Part shown: in pieces, positions 12,820 through 27,160 of the stretch
Layout of the letters: each line of letters opens with the position of its first letter
Numbering within the stretch: the stretch's first letter is position 1
Assembly (NCBI GenBank): GCA_951406725.2
Contig: OX597815.1
Span: 118,978,001-119,042,000 of the forward strand
Source: Octopus vulgaris
Taxonomy: Eukaryota
DNA length: 64,000 bases
Direction: 5' to 3'
Translations under genes and position numbers: made by a program
Notes under the pieces: model-generated
What the model was told of the DNA's origin: nothing
The model's input: only the letters and a program-made list of their open reading frames with translations
Databases searched by the model: none

Positions 12820-13519
12820 ATAATTGTTTGCGTGTGTGTGTGTGTGTGTGTTTATAATTGTTTGCGTAAGCACAAAACAAATGCGTATCATTATGTATAT
12901 GTGCGTGTACATTTGTTGTTGCTTATGTGTGTATTGGATAGGAATGCGTTTGCGTATGATCGTGTGTGTGCGCACGCGCGTGTACATGCGTATTTTATGA
13001 CTATGTGCCTGCGTGTGAATGTAGAGCAGCAGCAGCAGCAGTAGTAGTGGAGATCACAATGAAAGCGAGTATCCATTTCTATACTAAAAGTATATCACAA
13101 CGTTCCTGAATATTATGATTAGTCAAGCGTAGCTTAATCACCAGTTTCACTTAAAACCCCGTAAGTAGTCTAAATAGTTAACTAAGTACTAATTAACTGC
13201 AACTAATAGCTTGCTAAACTAGTGATTATAAGTCACATCCCACAAAGTGGGAGAATTCTCAGGTTACCATGTTGACTTGAAGTGTGCCTGATATGAGTCC
13301 GTTGAAGGTGCGACGCTAACCCCAAATGGCCAACCGCGCGTTCCAGATAAGAATCTAACACGGAACAGATTAAGAGGAGGATCTGCTGAATAACTTTTCA
13401 AAGTGCCGAGTCACACGGCAAGCAATGGCGGGGGACACTTGTTCACCGAAGCGTGCAAAAATAAATAAATAATTAAAGGAATAAATAAATAAACAAATAA
13501 ATAATAAACAAGACACAGA

Positions 13520-13668
13520 CGTGGCTGTGTGGTAAGAAGTTTGCTTCCCGACCACATGGTTCCGGGTTCAGTCCCACTGTGTGGCACCTTGGGCAAACGT
13601 CGTCTACTGTAGCCTCGGGCCGACCAAAACCTTGTGGGTGGATTTGGTAGACGGAAACTGAAAGAAGC

Positions 13669-13728
<60 letters not shown>

Positions 13729-13758
13729 GTGTGTGTGTGTGTGTGTGTGTGTTGTGTG

Positions 13759-13789
<31 letters not shown>

Positions 13790-13985
13790 ATGCGTTTGCC
13801 TCCTGCCATCGCTTTACAACCGATGTTGGTGTGTTTATGTCCCCGTAACTTAGTGGTTCGTCGAAAGAGACCGATAAAATAAGTACTAGGCTTTCAAAGA
13901 ATAAGTCTTGGATTCAATTTCTTCGACTAAAACCCTTTAAGGTGGTGCTCCAGCATGGCCGCAGTCCAAGCAAAAGAATAAAAGA
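13520..13985 (+). mobile_element. tRNA-derived CORE-like SINE with internal microsatellite (representative copy)
   Basis: gtggctgtgtggtaagaag...gggttcagtccc...accttgggcaa...ggatttggtagacggaaactgaaagaagccc, (TA)n(TG)n, then tail ending ggtggtgctccagcatggccgcagtc. Copies at about 7728, 9242(-), 12465(-), 15728, 19775, 27213, 38300, 40135(-), 44680(-), 48608(-). Confidence 0.85.
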
Positions 13986-15212
13986 AGAAATGCTTGGCGG
14001 CATTTTGGCCATCTTTACGTTCTGGGTTCAAATTTGCCTTTCATCCTTTCGGGGTCGATAAAAATAAATACCAGCTGAGTACTGGAGTTGATAAAATCGA
14101 CTATTTCAGGCCTTGTGTCTATTATAGAAAAGATAATAACGTTTCTTAATTCTTTACTGCCCACAAGGGGCTACACACAGAGGGGACAAACAAGGACAGA
14201 CAAAAGGATTAAGCCGATTATATCGACCACAGTGCGTAACTAGTACTTATTTAATCGACCCCGAAAGGATGAAAGGCAAAGTCGACCTCTGCGGAATTTG
14301 AACTCAGAACTTAACGGCTGACGAAATACCTATTTCTTTACTACCCACAAGGGGCTAAACACAGAGGAGACAAAACAAGAACAGACAGACGGATTAAGTC
14401 TATTATATCGACCCCAGTGCGTAACTGGTACTTAATTTATCGACCCCGAAAGGATGAAAGGCAAAGTCGACCACTGCGGAATTTGAACTCAGAACGTAAC
14501 GGAAACGAAATACGGCTACGCATTTCGCCCGGCGTGCTAACGTTTCTGCCAGCTCGCCGCCTTTGTAGAAAAGATAATAACGATTTCAAATGTTGACTCA
14601 AGGCTAACAATTTCGGGCAGGAGTAAAGTCGACCACATCGATCCCAGTCTTCATCTGGTATTCTATCGACCCTGAAAGGGATGACAGGCAAAGTCGACCT
14701 CGGCGGAATATGAACCCAGAACGTTAAAGACGGACGAAATGATGCCAAGCTTTTTGTCCAACGTGCTTACGTTCCTGCCATCTCAGAATATGCTTCAGGA
14801 TATACAGTGTCTTTTTTTCTTCTCTTTTATTACCAGTTAAAGCATAAATAAGACGTTAGCGAAGCGATCTTAGCCATTTGTCTACACTGCGTCCACCGTA
14901 CAACACACAAGTACACACACACATAAACATATACGCACATGCATACACATATACACACATGCATGCATAGATATTACACACACACATTTACATGTGTAAA
15001 CATATTTAAACCGCTTTCTTTTCTCCAAATCCATAGACAAGGTAAGAAAATGAAACAAATGAGTTTCTGTTAATAGCGGATATTTGAAAACAGCTTTCAG
15101 CCTGCACTTATTGAGGATCGGGTTAATGGGGGGGGGGAGTCGTTACAAACCATCTCCAAGGACATGGTTATCTTAAAAGGTTTTCGTCTGAGACCACTTA
15201 TATGTTGCTATG

Positions 15213-15250
<38 letters not shown>

Positions 15251-15315
15251 AGGGGAGAGCGAGAGAAAATTAAGACAGAAACACACACACACACATACAC
15301 ACACATATACATATA

Positions 15316-15349
<34 letters not shown>

Positions 15350-15540
15350 CACACGCGCGCACGCAGACACATATACATACATACACAACCTGTAACATGT
15401 TCAAATGTAACAGCATTTGGGTAAACACGCGTGAGCACCCACATCTCTTTCCTTCTTTCTTTCTTTCTTTCTTCCTTTTTAATCATTCTCTCACACACTC
15501 TCTCACTCTTCTCTTTGTCTCTTTATTTCACACACACACA

Positions 15541-15619
<79 letters not shown>

Positions 15620-16704
15620 TATACATACATACACGTGTTTGTGTGTGCATGTAGGCGTGTATGTATGTGTAGGAATATACATACATATACATAATATTTA
15701 TGTATATACACACAGACATATACATATGTGGCTGTGTGGTAAGAAGCTTGCTTCCCAACCACATGGTTCGGGGTTCAGTCCCACTGCATGTCACCTTGGG
15801 CAAGTGTCTTCTACTATAGCCTCGGGACGACCAAAGCCTTGTGAGTCGATTTGGTAGACGGAAACTAAAAGAAGCCAGTCGTATATATGCATATACACAG
15901 ACATATAGACATACATATACATATGTATACGCATATGTATGTCTATGTGTGTACGTGCGTGCATACATGCCTGTGTATATATATATGTTTATATATGCGT
16001 ATTTGCGCGCGCGCGCGTGTTTGTTTGTATGTGTGCGTGCATCTTTGCATTTTTGTCTCTCACGGTTTGGCAGCCTGTGTTTATAAATTTGAGTCCCCTT
16101 AACTTAGCAGTTCGACCAAAGAGTCGATAAAATTAGTGCCAGACTTACAGTAAGTACTTTGTTTTATGTGTGTTCCTTACTGAAAGGAAAAGAAGAGATT
16201 TTTGTTATTGTATCATCCAAATCATTAGAATTTCACAAAACTCAGTTACAAATAATATTTCTTGTAACATAAATATTTTAAGGTAGCGTTGGGCCTGTCA
16301 TGAGCCCTAGAACTCAAAAGATGGGAGCTTAATTCGTTTTCCATGGCATGTAAGTGACTGAGGCTCCCCATACATAAAAAGTGCGCTGATTTGTCGCAGG
16401 TTTACTTCCTGATAACTGTTACTAATCCTTTACAGCTGAGTAAACTGGGTCAACGAAATGAAGTTTTTTAATTCGAAAACACGGCGCACAGCCCGATCCA
16501 GTCCGGGAACGAAACCACGATCTTGTGATCATGAGTACAACAGCCTAACCACTCTGCAGATATTTCCCGTTGCAGATATTCAAATAAACAAATGGCATTT
16601 TACCCAAGTCCTTCAGAAAGAAGGAACTGCCTGAGTGGTACGCTTTGGTAAGTTATCTGTCGACATGACGAAATAGTTGATTGATTGATTGATTGATTGA
16701 TTGA

Positions 16705-17070
16705 TTCTAGTTTCAGCTCACGAGCTGTGGCCATGCTGGGGCACCGCCATTTTGTGTTGCTACATGGTTTTACTTCACGAATGCTTTTTAGCAACTGCCA
16801 TTTGGTGCATGAGAGAGTTCGATGCAGCTGCCCTCATCTGCACCTCCTGCCGTGAAGTTGGTTCATCTGGGATACCTGACAAGAAGAGATCCAGTTTCAT
16901 TTTAAAGACATCTGCATCCACCCCATGCAGGTCTCTTAGGTTCTTCGGGAGGATATTGAAGAGCTGTGGGCCTCGGAAGCCCAGGCTATCACAGTATCTT
17001 GTCCTACATCTTGATGGCAAATTTGGAGTCCTAGGCACCACGCAGTGGCGCCCAGTTCTGGCATTTGTGT
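16705..17070 (-). mobile_element. 3' end of a CR1/L2-group LINE
   Basis: ORF tail ...DSLGFRGPQLFNILPKNLRDL...FKMKLDLFLSGIPDEP...AASNSL, then 3' UTR ggcggtgccccagcatggccacagc and an (ATCA)n tail. Confidence 0.75.
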
Positions 17071-18009
17071 AAAGTTGTTTCAAATTTTGGCACAAGGCCT
17101 GCAATTTCGAGGGCGGGGATAAATCAATTACACCTACCCAAGTTCTCAACTGGTACTTATTTTATCGATTCTGAAAGGATGAAAGGCAAAGTCGACCCTG
17201 GTAGAATTTGAACTCAGAACGTGAAATCGGAAGAAATACCGCTAAGCATTTTGCCCAGCATGTAGACGATTCTGCCAGCTCGCCGCTTTAACATGACTAA
17301 ATATTCTCTTTACCACATCGAGCAAAATGCCAAGCGGTATTTCTTCTGGCTTTACGTTTCGCCAAGATTGACTTTGCCTTTCAATCTTTCGGGGGGTCGA
17401 TGAAATATTGTACCAGTTCAAGTGCTGGGGTCGATGATAATCGACTTACCCCACCGTTAGAAATTCAGGCATTGTGCCACAATTAGAAAAGATATGACAA
17501 AATATTCTGGTTTCGTGATATTAAATTCTACTGATTTCATATAATTATCTGAAAAAAATTTTTTTTTAAATTGAAAAAAATTGTAACACATCGGTTACAA
17601 CGATGAAGGTTCCAGTTGATTCGATCAATGGAACAGGCTACTCTTGAAATTAACGAGCAAGTGGCTGAGAACTCCACAGAAATGCGTTTCCTTAACTTAG
17701 CTCTTAAGAAGATTCAGCGTGACACGGAATGACCCATTAAAATACAAGTGCAACACGTTTTTGCCAGCTGAGTGGACTGGAGCAACATGAAATAAAGTGA
17801 CTTGCTTAAGGATGTAATGCACTGCCCAGAATCGCACTCACGATCGTGAACCAAATACCCTAACAACTAAACCACTTACCTTCACTGTAATTGTCTAAGT
17901 ATTTAAATAAACATTTTAATTTTTTTAGCTTTTATTTCATTTTCGTATTATTATGTTTTCTTATCAAACTGCTTTTAAAACTCTTTGAGTGTGACTTTAA
18001 AGTATTTTT

Positions 18010-18554
18010 GTGTGCTACCCCTCTACCCCTCCAACGCACCATTTCCGGGCCTTCCGGCGACTTCAGTCCGACACCTTCACCTTGTACCCTAACATACCCC
18101 CCTCCCTCAAACGAGCCCATAACCTGCGTAACCTCCTGGACCACAGTTTCTTCCCTACCTCTGCTCTCGCCCACGCTGTCGGATCTGCCCCTACCTCTCC
18201 AACACCACCATCCTCACTAGCACCCATCACCGACTCCTTTACCTGCACCTCCAGTAATGTTATTTACTGCATCTGCTGCTCTCCCTTTGTCCTCCCCTGT
18301 ACATTGGTCACTCGGGACGCCGCTTGGTCGACCAGTTTGCGGCGCACCTTCGAGATATTAGATTTGGCAATAACATTCCGGTCTCGCGCCACATCCGCTC
18401 TACCAGTCATTCGCTACAACATCTGTCTGTGTTCGAACTGTCTCTGCACAGACACCCCCTCCCGGACTCCCGCCTTCGCTGTGGAGAGGAATTAATCTTC
18501 TTTCTTCGTCTCTTTGCCCCATATGGGCTCAACTCACTACCTCTCTTCCTCTGA
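18010..18554 (+). mobile_element. Penelope-like element GIY-YIG endonuclease remnant
   Basis: ITDSFTCTSSNVIYCICC...YIGHSGRRLVDQFAAHLRDIR...PVSRH...EELIFFLRLFAPYGLN across a frameshift. A hammerhead-like motif follows at 19422. Confidence 0.85.
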
Positions 18555-19421
18555 CACCAACCCCACACGGATTCCCACATACCTCCCACATTCAACTACC
18601 CCCTCACCTACACACCTGCATACCGCCTACCTCGGTGCCCTCAACACACACACGCCACTATACAAACGCCCATACACACTGTTCAACTCGTTACTCACTT
18701 CACACACCATTACACAACACACCCACAAACACTTTCCCACTGCACACACACTAGCACCAAACACTTCTCAGTACTCACACCACACGCCATTATTCCCACA
18801 TCCATACACACCATTAACTCAGAACACACATCACACACCACCAAGCACACTCCCACACCCACACAAGTACATAATACCTGAACACAGACAATATGTACAC
18901 ACATGCAACCATCATCAATACACGCAACACGCACAGATACTGATAACTTTCGCCCACAAACATAGACTATACACATGCACACTATTTGGTCACAGACAGA
19001 CACGCACATAAACGCGTTCATACATCACCTGAACAAGCACACATGAACTGCTACACACAAACACATATACACGTTAGCCTCACACATATACACACGTCCA
19101 TGCGCATACTCACACATATACACACGTCCATACGCACACGCACACACTTGCCAACACATACGTACTCACACACTCGCACCATTCACACATACACACTCAC
19201 ACACACCATTCTCATATTCACGCGTGCTTGTGCACCTTAATTCGTTGGGGTCACTGTTATTGTTACTATTATTATTATTATCTCCCTTTCATTCAACCCC
19301 TATTTTTCCCATCATTTCGTCATGTTGGACCGTTGAACTTTGCATATTCTTTTCTCTCTCCGTTTTTTTCTTCATTCTCACTCCGTTTTTTTTTTTTGTT
19401 TTTGTTTTTTGCCTCTTAATC

Positions 19422-19457
19422 CTTTCTGTCGAAGAGCGTAGTCTCGAAACGTAAAAG
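19422..19457 (+). ncRNA. minimal hammerhead-like motif, variant core CTGTCGA
   Basis: CTTT-CTGTCGA-A-GAGC gtag TCTC-GAAA-CG-TA-AAAG, downstream of the GIY-YIG remnant. Second copy at 43126. Confidence 0.5.
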
Positions 19458-19519
19458 ACTTGACGCCTGCTTGTTGTTCCCAGGCTTGTCTTCGTGTTTT
19501 GTTTTCTGTAAATTTGAAC

Positions 19520-19606
<87 letters not shown>

Positions 19607-20635
19607 CTTTTGGATTTGGTTTACAAGATTCTTTATGTGAGTCCGTGTGTTGAAGCATATTCTGTTGCGTCTGGGGAGAATCATTCTCTTTTGGCGACTT
19701 ATAATTTAACACACTCACCGGTAAAATTTCCACTCATTTCCTTCTTTATTTTTCTAAAATTTTCGTTGCGTCTTGTGTGGTTAAGAATTTCGCTTCCCAA
19801 TCACGGGATTTCGGCTTCAATTTCTCTATGTTGCACCAGTGGCACGGGCAAATGACTTGTACTTCATCTCTGGGTCAACCAATGTCTTGTGAGTGGATTT
19901 GGTAGACACATACACTATATGCTTGTGTGTGTGTGTGTGTGCATGCGTGTGTGCGTGCGTGCGCTTGTGTGTCTGTAAGTGTCACACTCCCTCACTGCTT
20001 GAGATTCGGTATTACTTTATTTATATCGATTTGCTTGGTTAAACTCTCCAAGGTAGTACTCTAACATGGGCGCAGTCCAATGGCTGAACCAAGTAAATGA
20101 TAAAAAATGAAAAAGTACTCACCAGTTGCGAACTAAGATACTAGATTTCATATTTCACAGCCAACAAAGGCGGCGAACGGGCAGGATCATTAGCTCGCCG
20201 GACTAAATGCTTGGTACCATTTCGTCCGTATTTAAGTACTAAGTTCAAATTCCGCCGAGGTCAACTTTGCTTTTCATCCTTTCGGGGTCGACAAAAAGAG
20301 TAGCAATTGAGCACTGGGATCAATGTAATCGACTATCCCTACCCACAGAAAATTCCAGACGTTGTGCCTACAGAAAGAAAGGATATTTCACAGCCAACAG
20401 TTTTGCATTTTTCCTATTTCTTACCTAAATATATTAATATAATTGGTTTTTGCTTATAAATAACGTATTCTCTGTATTTCTGTATCTATGTATATATGTA
20501 TGTGCATGTATATCACACACACACACGTACGTACGTATGTATGTATGTATGTATGTATGTATGTATGTATGTATGTATGTATGTATGTATGTATGTATGT
20601 ATGTATGTATGTATGTGTGTATACACACACACACT

Positions 20636-21845
20636 CAGTCATGACAGAAATAAATAGATACCCTTATAATCTTTAAACTATATTTAAATCTTAATTTATA
20701 CATTCAAATTATTTATTAATTGTTATAATGTGGATATTTAATATCTAGTAGACATGCCCTTTCCATTTTTCAATGCAAGAACCTTATTAGGCATGTTACT
20801 GATCAGATGACGAATATTCCCCTGCGGAATTTCTTGCCAAGTTTCATGACTTTGAAGATGTTTTCTTGTTCTTTTTATGAAGTGTCCTGTCCATTATGTC
20901 CCAGAGGTATTCAATATCTGGAGACTGGCTTGGCCATGAAAGCTTTTTAATGCCATTCTCATCCAACAAATCTTGGGTCATTTTAGCCGTAGTCCCTTCT
21001 TCCATAAACAAAGAGTCTTCTTTAATCATTTCACCACCGGAGAAGATTGGAAAGAGTCCTTTTTGCAATATGGACACATATTTATCTGAGTTTATATTTC
21101 CCTCACACTCCACCAGCTCTGATCAACCATTGCTCCAGATTGTTCCCACAGACCATCACAGAATAGCTGCCGTGTTTCATTGTTGGCTGCAACCCCCTCA
21201 CATCAAATTTTTGATCACAGAGTCTCTGGACGCACATTCGACGACTGTCAGGAAATACAGCAAATCTGAACTCATTAGACAATATGACGGTATCCCAAAA
21301 TGCTAGTTGCCTCTCCACCATCTCACTGGCCCAATCTTTTCTCCGTTTGATGTTGGCTGGTCGAAGAAGTGGTTTCCTTCTAGCTGCTCTGTCATAGTAA
21401 CCAAGTTTGTTGGTTACTATGACAGCTGTTCTGGGACTGACATCAACTTGTTCTGATATGTCAGAGGTCTTGCAACGAGGATTATCCTCCACACCTCTCT
21501 TAACAAAGAGAAGGGTTCTGTCAGAGGGCCCTGGTTGATCTGGGCGAGTGATGTGGACTCCTTCCCCTCTCTGGTCAATTGCACAATCACTCTATTAACT
21601 GTTGAAAACGGGATCCCAAGGTTTTCTGCGAATTTACCCTATGTCCACCCCCAGAATAATCCACAATACGGTCTTTTTGAAATCCAGATAGTTCCAAGGC
21701 TTCTTTTATACATAGCATGGTTAAATAGTCACATATGGAACATGAAACATAAAAATGTCAATTAATAAAAAACATAAACCTTTACAAGTTAGAATAAACA
21801 TAAAACGATATTTTATGGGGTCTCTATTTACTTCTGTCATGTCTC
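20636..21845 (-). mobile_element. Tc1-family DNA transposon, full-length-like but decayed
   Basis: About 28-bp TIRs (cagtcatgacagaaataaatagataccc / gggtctctatttacttctgtcatgtctc). Transposase pieces ARRKPLL...WDTVILSNEFRF, PTMKHG..SVMV, Y..IL, WPSQSPD.IE.LW. Confidence 0.9.
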
Positions 21846-21866
21846 TATATACAATATAATATAACA

Positions 21867-21979
<113 letters not shown>

Positions 21980-24900
21980 GACGGGTTGGGCTTAAACATA
22001 GTTTCTGTCTACCAAATTCAGTCACAATGTATTGGCCGCCGGCCCGGGGCTGTTGTAGGAGGAGACACATGCACACAAAGTGCCTAAATTCCAGTGAAAA
22101 AGCTATGCTAGTGACAGTAAACAAATCCAGAAGGAAATATATACTTCTATACACGCATACATATATACATACATTTGCGGTATATGTGTATACACATTGT
22201 AAAATACTAGCAAAATCCTATATTTCAAACTACTATAGACACAGCTTATACATGCACACACATGTATTGGAATGACTGCTACTGTCCAAACTTCATTAAA
22301 ATAGACTTGCTATTTTGTTACCGACCGAAAAACCTAAATAAATATTAATAAGACCATGCTTACATATATACATATATAATACTTACACGCACACTCAGAT
22401 ACATACACGCATAATGTACGTAAGTACATACATACATATATACATACATACATATATACATACATACATACATACATACATACATACATACATACATACA
22501 TACATACATACATACAGACAGACAGAAATGTACACCCATACATTCATATATACAGAAACTAAGAGCTAAGTTTTGAAATATTACCCAATTCCACGAATTC
22601 ACTTCAACTGTTAGTTTACTCAGACAGTTTCATTATTGGCTAAAAAAGAAATGGGGGCTCGGGAACTTAATTGTAAGGGTTAGTTTAATCTGTCTTTAAT
22701 CCCTGGATTATTTGTAACTTAACAGCAATGTTTACCTTCGGTCATGTGAATTTCTGATAAGTTGTGAACAAATACAGAACTTATATTCTTACTAATAGGA
22801 AGATGAGGTCAGCAATTCTATCTCCCGCGACCCATAGTGTCGTTGGGACACTCCGTGGTGATTTCCAATAAATATTCAGTGATGTCACTTCCAGTACATT
22901 TCTCTCGGCACTCTGGAACTTTCTGCTTAAGCACGTGCAAGCAAAGGAAACGACCGTTCATTTTAACTAGATCCCACTCCATGGAACTGGAAACTGTACC
23001 TTCTGTCTGACTGAAAGGTAAACGAACTGAGCCATGTACTTAAGCAGTTAGGCTATTTGTCACGGAGAGGATAAAACAATACATCAACGACAATCCATTA
23101 ACTGAGAAACCGGCTGATAACAGAATAAAGCTATGTCGAGTGATCTTAGTGATTTAATCCTTCGTCATTCAAGTTGTTGGTGTTGTTTTGTCGAAACTTA
23201 GTTCTGACTGAGCAGACCTAAAACCAAAGACCTTCCAACCATGATCATCTTATGTTTTTCGTACTTAGGACCACACTTTGTTGTCAGTTTGCAATTAATT
23301 TATATTTCTATTAGACGGTTGTGTGAACGTACGTAGCCTAGTGTGAAGGCGCGTGGCCTAGCACTCACGATCTAGCGTGGTTCGATTCCTGGACCGAGCG
23401 ACGAGTTGCGTTCTTTAGCAAAACACTTCATTTCACGTTACTCTAGTTGACTAGCCTTCTGAACTAGAAAAGAGGATGTTGGCCTGCTTGTCTAGCCAAC
23501 GAAGTGGCATCATTCAGAAACTAAAACAATGCAAAGTGCATTGTGACTAGCGATGTGTAACAACATCCAATAGTCTGGTCGATTACGTGATTAGACGGTT
23601 AAATGATTTGAGTAAATTTAACAGTGTAGAGGATCATTTGGCTGTCATCTTTTAAGTGGTTGACAGAGCAGACAGTTATTTTAGGTTCTTTATGATATCT
23701 AAAAAAAATTGATGTCTTACCGTTCTGACTATATGTCAAGCCAGGGTTGATAGTGCAAAAACCAGTACCGTCGTGACATTGATTCAATCGATTATACTCA
23801 AAGCAAAAAATATTGTTCTTTTGCTTTGTCTAAAAGAAATCTCACGCCAAGGCGCATGGTCTAGATGTCAGGAGTGCTGCAATCTCAATCGCCATATTGT
23901 AGGTTCGATTCCAGAATCGGGCGGCGTGTTGTGTTCTTGAGCAAAGCACTTCATTCCATGTTGTGTTAGTGCTGCGCAGGGCCCGTCATACCAAAGAATA
24001 AACCTAACATTTCTTCTGCGTGTCGTAAGAATGAGACTAAGATAGGCCAAGGTAGGATTTGCGCTCCGACCTCCGAAAAATCCTCACCAGCAACGACCAC
24101 ATTAGCAGACCCATGGGTTGTTGCTTGAGTGATGCAAAGGTGTATCCGCTAGAAGTAGAGAATCACCAACAAATAATGGATGCAGAGACGCGCTTTTAAC
24201 TTCTAGTAATTAACCAAATGAAACGGTTTAGTAATTGTTCCCTTTTATTCTCCTTGTTTTGATGAAACTTAAGCAACGAATTTTTTTCATGTGAAATTAT
24301 TTAAAATTATTTTCTCGACTTCATTTTGAATTTCAAATTTATTAAAATATCATTTTCTGAATCTGTGACAAACAAACGTCAGTTTTTTTGGGGTTTTTTG
24401 TCATAACCACTGTGAGGTGCCTCTGTCGTGAAAGGACGTGGCTTAGTGGTTGTGATATTCGGCCCACGATCGTAAGGCCGTGAGTTCGAGTCCCGGCAGC
24501 ACGTTACATCCTTGAGCAAGCAAGTTTATTTTCCCATTGCTCCGGTCCACTCAGCTGGTAAAAATAAGTTGTACCTGTAATTCAAAAGGCCAGCCTTGTC
24601 ACAGTCTGTGTCACGCTGAATCTCCCAGAAAATCTACGTTAAGATTAACCGTACATCAATTCCTATTAGTGAAGTATATAGTTAGCTCGCACTAGTATAA
24701 TATACTTTATACTATACTATAATATCATGTATATTTTTCAAGCAGAAGGGACGCCTGGGAAATTCTCCAATGATTTCTACCCGTTATCAAAAACTTGAAA
24801 TAGGATAAGATCCTACTTTTTAGACTTAAACAGTTTGTTTGATGCACCAAAAGATTCGCGCAGCGTCAATGTATGCTCCTTTTAATGCAACTTATTATTA

Positions 24901-25698
24901 AATAAATCTGTTCTACCGACCAAGTCCTTCAGCGATATGTTGTTCACATTTTATATTTTAATTTCAGATTTTTGCACCTCTGTGTTTTGTATACTAACTT
25001 TCGCGGAAATAGGATTTAGTCTATCAGCCAACTTGTCTTTGAGGAATATAAGCACACTTGTCAGTTCATAATCTCGTTGGCATGGTCACTGCATAAACAT
25101 ATTTAGTCTTTCGATGTTATCAACTAGCAATGAGAGAGAGGGGAGTGAGAGTGAGAGAGTGGATAAGGGAAGTGGGAGATTAGAAGGATCTATAGTGGTT
25201 AGAAACAGAAGGAAAGACAGTCACATGAGAGTATGAAAACAAGCTGAGATTTAGTGCAACATAGTTCATAAGAAAACATTTACTAGAGAAATGAAGAAGG
25301 AAAGAAAGAAAGAATGAGAGAGAAAGAGAGAGTGGTTGTTGTTCTGTGTGTGTTTGTGTGTGAGTGTATCAAAGAGAGAGGGTGCGGAGAAAGACAGATA
25401 GAGACAGTGAACGAGAGATTGGGAGTAAAAGTAAAAGAATTGATTAAATATTTTGTGAATAGATATTTTATTGCTTATTATGAACTTCGAAACTTGACTG
25501 AGGTTTATACTACGCGGAAATATATATAGACATATAGACATATAGATATATAGACATAACACTCTGTAAGAGATACACATACATATATTGATTGAAACAT
25601 TGATACGCGCACATATCCAAACATAGATATACGTACATACGCAGACACGTAATTAAAATCAATATTCACTAGATACATACACTACATACGCACATTTA

Positions 25699-25803
<105 letters not shown>

Positions 25804-25944
25804 GACTATCTCTCTATCTCTATACACACACATATACATACACACACACACACATACATACATACACACACACACATACATACATACATACATACATACA
25901 TACATACATACATACATACATACATACATACATACATACATACA

Positions 25945-25977
<33 letters not shown>

Positions 25978-26314
25978 GTGTGTGTGAGTGTCATATTTAT
26001 AAATATATCATGTACATACATGCTTGCAAGCATACATTCATACATGCATAATTACCTTCAATCTCCATATATAAATATACATATAAAATACATTCAACAG
26101 CATTTACTCATACACCTCGATTCATATATGCACATTCGTATATATAATACATTTTGACTCATCTGGAACTGTAAAATGAAATCAACGAAGAACAGACATA
26201 CATGGATACTATCCCTACCTTTATGTATCATATATACACATATCATTGAGCAATGTTTAGTAATACAACTACATAAGTGAATATCTACTCACATGTCTGG
26301 CTTTTAATTGGGAA

Positions 26315-26541
26315 ATGTTATCAAGTTACCAACCTACATGCAATTTCACAATGGAGTTTGAAAGTGTGTTGACCACCATCTTAACTAAAGGGAATGATTG
26401 TGAAATTTCTAGGTCTTCGGAATCACTCTTGAATTATTTACACCAGGACAGAAGCTTAACGACTACAAAGATTTTAACTCATCCAGGTTCAGAGGATTTG
26501 TTGTCGCGCTTAATAAAATTGCTGTCATCAACGGATATCAG
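26315..26541 (+). CDS. ARM-repeat/FN3 gene, first coding exon found (ATG at 26315 or 26351)
   Basis: Non-repetitive ORF (MLSSYQPTCNFT)MEFESVLTTIL...LLSRLIKLLSSTDI ending AG|gtatgt (phase 2). ATG 26351 has acaATGG context. Joins in frame to the 32989 exon. The true start is uncertain and upstream exons cannot be excluded. Confidence 0.8.
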
Positions 26542-27128
26542 GTATGTACGTACAAATACACATGTTTTGAAGGATGTCGCAGACACACGTAACCACACAC
26601 ACTTTTCGTCTTTTTTATTTTGATGCGAGTGGATGTGGGGGGGGGGGGGGGTAGGGGCACTTATCTACACACTGTCTATGTGTTTATGTGTTTTTAATGT
26701 TTTGTTTGTTTAACCAGTAAAAATAGAACTGCAGCTATTTGTAGGGATAATGAGCTACCACCTTGTGTCTAATACACCAGGGAATGTCCGACATGATACA
26801 TGGGCCTTCTAATTTTCTTTTTCTCATTCTGTCTCTCCCTACACACCCATGTAGATACCACACACACACACACACACACAAACACACACAAACACACATA
26901 CACACACACACACACAGAATAATTGTAAAACACTGGGCCTATGTTTTCACAGACAATCCCGACAAAGTTAACCTTCCGAGTCGCCATTCAGTCAGTTATA
27001 AATAGCATCCAAATTCATCAAACTACACCTTACAATTTTAGTTAGAACATATCAGATAAGACAGTGATGAAAATATTGTTTGAAAATAGAAAGGAATGGT
27101 TATTGTCTTGGACCAACTTTACCTGGAT

Positions 27129-27160
<32 letters not shown>

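Noticed and set aside
13230-13460. Non-repetitive, relatively GC-rich island with open minus-strand frames
   Set aside because: No recognisable domain and no consistent splice partners; could be regulatory but unsupported.
14147-14780. Tandem ~190-bp repeats resembling an array
   Set aside because: Dimeric and adjacent copies of the Meta-like SINE; no repeat-spacer periodicity, so not CRISPR.
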